From contig JAFGHX010000010.1 of assembly GCA_016929905.1 (NCBI GenBank), forward strand, positions 5,835-69,834: DNA of 64,000 nucleotides, in the 5' to 3' direction. The stretch's first letter is position 1. Every line of letters begins with the position of its first letter. Below the pieces are notes generated by a model that worked only from the letters and a program-made list of their open reading frames with translations, was not told the DNA's origin and ran no database searches. The translations under genes and the position numbers were made by a program. This DNA is from Kiritimatiellia bacterium (GTDB lineage: Bacteria; Verrucomicrobiota; Kiritimatiellia; JAFGHX01). Below are positions 61,623-64,000 of this stretch, in pieces.

Positions 61623-62684
61623 TCACCCTCCGCCAAAGATGGCCTTCATCTGGCCCAGCCAGCGTTTCACGCCGCGTTCGGGGCCGGCGTCGACGCGTGA
61701 GCCGTCCTCGGCCATCAGCAACTGTCTGGGGTCCACGCTCCCGTTCGCCCACTGTTCGACGATGCGCGCGGCGTGTGCCATGAACGCGGGGTCCAGGGTA
61801 TAGGGGATATCGGAAGCGAACGGAATGCTCTCGCGCGAAGCGAGCAGGCAGAAGAACTGCGGGGTTCTGGCCTCTCCCAAGATGATATCAACCCACGTTT
61901 CCTGCACGGGCCGTATGAGCAGCAGGGGGACAGCGGGCGAGAGCAGGGCAGACAGGAGTCCGTACCACAAGGCGAGGGACGGCGCCTCGTCGTTCTCGCA
62001 AGCCGGCACGCGCAGATGCTGGGCCGGCACACCCGACGCCGCGCCCGCGCGGCGCGGATCGAGAAACGGGCCGAGGTCCCGTTCGATCTTGTACAGCAGG
62101 CGCCGGAACCCGACGCCGTCCCCGCCCAGTTCGGCGCGCCCGGCCAACTGGGCCAGCGCGCGGCCGGAGGCGTACCAGTCCGGGGGCACGGCGTTGGGGT
62201 CGTAGGCGTCGGCGTCGGCCTGCAACGCGGCCCGCGTCTCGTCGATCAGAGCGCGCACCGCATCGGCCGTCTGGACTTCCTTGGCGCGCAGTTCGACGGT
62301 TTCGAGGCTGGGCAACGCCTTCTCCAGCAACCAGGCCAGCGGACGGCCCGCACACTGGGCGCAAACGACCATCGGGTACCGGCTGCGTCCCTTGCCGTCG
62401 CGCGAGGCCCACATCCGGCCCGCAATGCGCGCCTGGCCCGCCTGCCATACGAACACGTGGTGGAAGCCGCTGATGCGGCGTGCGCCGTCCAGCTTCTCCC
62501 ATGTAGCGGCATCGATGTTGCCGCCAACCCCTTCCATGTAGAGGCTACGTTTGAGGCCGACCAATGCGTCGGTATCCAGGCCGATATCGGCGATATGGTC
62601 GTCCCAGCCGGGATGCTTGCCGAAAGCGGCAACGTGTGCCCGTGGCGAATCGTCCGTCGTCTGCTGTGAGAGGATGCGCCTCAT
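61623..62684 (-). CDS. tagF: T6SS-associated protein TagF (DUF2094-like)
   Basis: ATG 62684 gives MRRILSQ..AAFGKHPGWDDHIADIGL, resembling the TagF FGK.P..GDF N-terminal motif. ATGA overlap with the tssM stop. The track ORF extends to 63221. Confidence 0.7.
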   Translation of the reverse strand: MRRILSQQTTDDSPRAHVAAFGKHPGWDDHIADIGLDTDALVGLKRSLYMEGVGGNIDAATWEKLDGARRISGFHHVFVWQAGQARIAGRMWASRDGKGRSRYPMVVCAQCAGRPLAWLLEKALPSLETVELRAKEVQTADAVRALIDETRAALQADADAYDPNAVPPDWYASGRALAQLAGRAELGGDGVGFRRLLYKIERDLGPFLDPRRAGAASGVPAQHLRVPACENDEAPSLALWYGLLSALLSPAVPLLLIRPVQETWVDIILGEARTPQFFCLLASRESIPFASDIPYTLDPAFMAHAARIVEQWANGSVDPRQLLMAEDGSRVDAGPERGVKRWLGQMKAIFGGG

Positions 62685-64000
62685 GGGTTGGAGCTGAAGA
62701 GGCGGCCGGCCGACGGCCAGTCCGCGATCGCCGGCAGCGCCTGCTCGAATTCCAGTTGAAGCCAGAGGATCCGTTCCCGGCCCGAATCGTCTTTGAGCGG
62801 CACTTGCACGTTGTACTTGGTCGGGCTGTCTTTCGCCTGTTCGCACGGCAGTGTATGCAGCAGCCCCAACGCCCCCCAGTGGCCTTCGTAGGTTTGCGAG
62901 CGGTGCGGCTGGGTGTCGCTGTGATACTTGTACAGCTTCAGCTCGAACCCGTCGCCGGGATACCGGATGCGCCCGATCTGGGTTGGCGTTCCCTGCGTAG
63001 TGCGGAACCGCGTCGAACGCCGGCCTTCCCCCTCGAACAGTTCCACGATCGTCCACACGGGCAGCGCGCTGTCGTCGCGCATGTCGCCCTTGCCGAACGC
63101 GTCGAGCAGCCGCTGCTGTTCCTTCGGGGGCAGCAGCCAGACGGTGCAGGCGAGCCGGCGGTCCGCGCCGGCGGGCAGAGCGGCGAGCATATGCTTGGCG
63201 CTCCGGATCCACCTGCCCCACTCGCCGAGTTCCAGGTCGCGCAGCCGCTGGATCTGGCGGTCCACGCGCGGCACGGCCGTATCCGCGCCTTCGCCCAGCG
63301 TCTTGCCGCCCTCGACGGGGTCCATCGGCCGCACCTTGCCCAGCGCCTCCGCCGCATCGGCCAGTTCCTGCGGGGACAGCTCAGTCACGCCGACCCGCGG
63401 CAGGTCGAGCGGAAATCGCGCGTAGCGCTTGAGCGCGGGCAGGATTTCGCGTGTTTGCTTGAGCGCATCGTCCGCCAGGCATTCGAGCCCGTTCTGAATC
63501 AGGTCGTCCCAGTACTGCGCCACGTAGTCCGCCTGCAGTTCGGAGGCCAACACCAGGTAGTCTCGCTTGAAATCCTTGCCGCCCGCGGCCAGGACCGCCT
63601 CGCGGTCCGGCAGCGGCTCGCCCCTGAGCCGCGACCAGTTCTCCAGGATCTTCTCGCATTCCCGCTTGAAGTTCCGGCTCTCCACGCGGGAGAGGCCCAG
63701 CGCCGCCTGCTTGCGGATCACGTCCACCTTCGCCTTGCCGGGCTCTCCGACCAGCTTCTCGTAGCCGGCGAACACGCTGTCGATCTTCTTGCAAAACGCT
63801 TCCAGATCCTCGTGCACGTAGGAGACTTCCATTCGCCCGAGCCGCGTATGGCATTGCGCCCAGGGCATTTTGTTGATGCGCAGGTCGTCCGGCAGCAGCA
63901 GCGGCTGGTACAGCTCGAACCGTTCCGCATACGCGCGTTGCCGTTCGGCCGTCTCGGCGTACAGCGCGCCGAACTCCTTGAGCTGGTCGATGACTTCCGT
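62681..64000 (-). CDS. tssM: T6SS membrane-complex protein TssM (IcmF), C-terminal part; the gene continues past the window edge
   Basis: The frame stays open from 64000 (TEVIDQLKEFGALYAETAERQ...) through the track M at 63868. The C-terminal region ..YEGHWGALGLLHTL..NVQVPLKDDSGRERILWLQLEFEQ.. resembles the IcmF C-terminal domain. Position upstream of tagF agrees. Confidence 0.7.
   Translation of the reverse strand, partial: TEVIDQLKEFGALYAETAERQRAYAERFELYQPLLLPDDLRINKMPWAQCHTRLGRMEVSYVHEDLEAFCKKIDSVFAGYEKLVGEPGKAKVDVIRKQAALGLSRVESRNFKRECEKILENWSRLRGEPLPDREAVLAAGGKDFKRDYLVLASELQADYVAQYWDDLIQNGLECLADDALKQTREILPALKRYARFPLDLPRVGVTELSPQELADAAEALGKVRPMDPVEGGKTLGEGADTAVPRVDRQIQRLRDLELGEWGRWIRSAKHMLAALPAGADRRLACTVWLLPPKEQQRLLDAFGKGDMRDDSALPVWTIVELFEGEGRRSTRFRTTQGTPTQIGRIRYPGDGFELKLYKYHSDTQPHRSQTYEGHWGALGLLHTLPCEQAKDSPTKYNVQVPLKDDSGRERILWLQLEFEQALPAIADWPSAGRLFSSNP

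Noticed and set aside
62681-64000. Absence of tssJ, tssK and tssL as evidence for a reduced T6SS.
   Set aside because: The window ends inside tssM. By analogy with H1-type loci these genes are expected upstream of tssM beyond the edge, so nothing can be concluded.

Overview
High-GC (roughly two-thirds G+C by eye) bacterial chromosomal segment, mostly minus-strand coding. Domain fusions (kinase-FGE, PEGA, long IS200-like Y1 transposase) hint at the PVC superphylum, but taxonomy cannot be settled from this window. Layout: (1) 1-3.7 kb is the end of an integrated element (family A DNA polymerase, Xis-like HTH, tyrosine integrase) abutting the 3' end of tRNA-Gly(UCC). (2) 3.8-12.6 kb is housekeeping: tsaD, S41 C-terminal protease, TPR-CPBP protease fusion, comEC, a response regulator, thiD and a small conserved-looking ORF. 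(3) 12.7 kb to the right edge is one large type VI secretion (T6SS-i) region. Its core order tssA-tssB-tssC-hcp-tagJ-tssE-tssF-tssG-clpV-vgrG matches the P. aeruginosa H1 cluster. After vgrG comes a DUF2169 / pentapeptide-repeat / DUF3540 / DUF4150 spike module, then a candidate cargo set (small TM protein, HExxH protein, NPPF methyltransferase). Next are a TssB-TssC fusion-like truncated sheath paralogue and a threonine-phosphorylation module (tandem Ser/Thr kinase fused to an FGE/TagR-like domain, membrane-anchored PP2C, lipoprotein). tssM(partial)-tagF-fha-FHA/PEGA lies at the right end. About 13 kb separates the two T6SS halves: AraC regulator, URO-D-like enzyme, RAYT-like Y1 transposase, a MacAB-TolC-like pump, and a membrane protein plus FN3-repeat protein. 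Nearly every intergenic spacer carries tandem 7-8-nt word arrays, often as inverted arms. One 20-mer and one heptamer family recur at several loci, and two G-rich arrays sharing GGGACAGGCAC flank the transposase block. All calls come from reading the supplied translations and sequence by eye; no database search was run. Many track ORFs start at TTG or GTG, so start codons are approximate.
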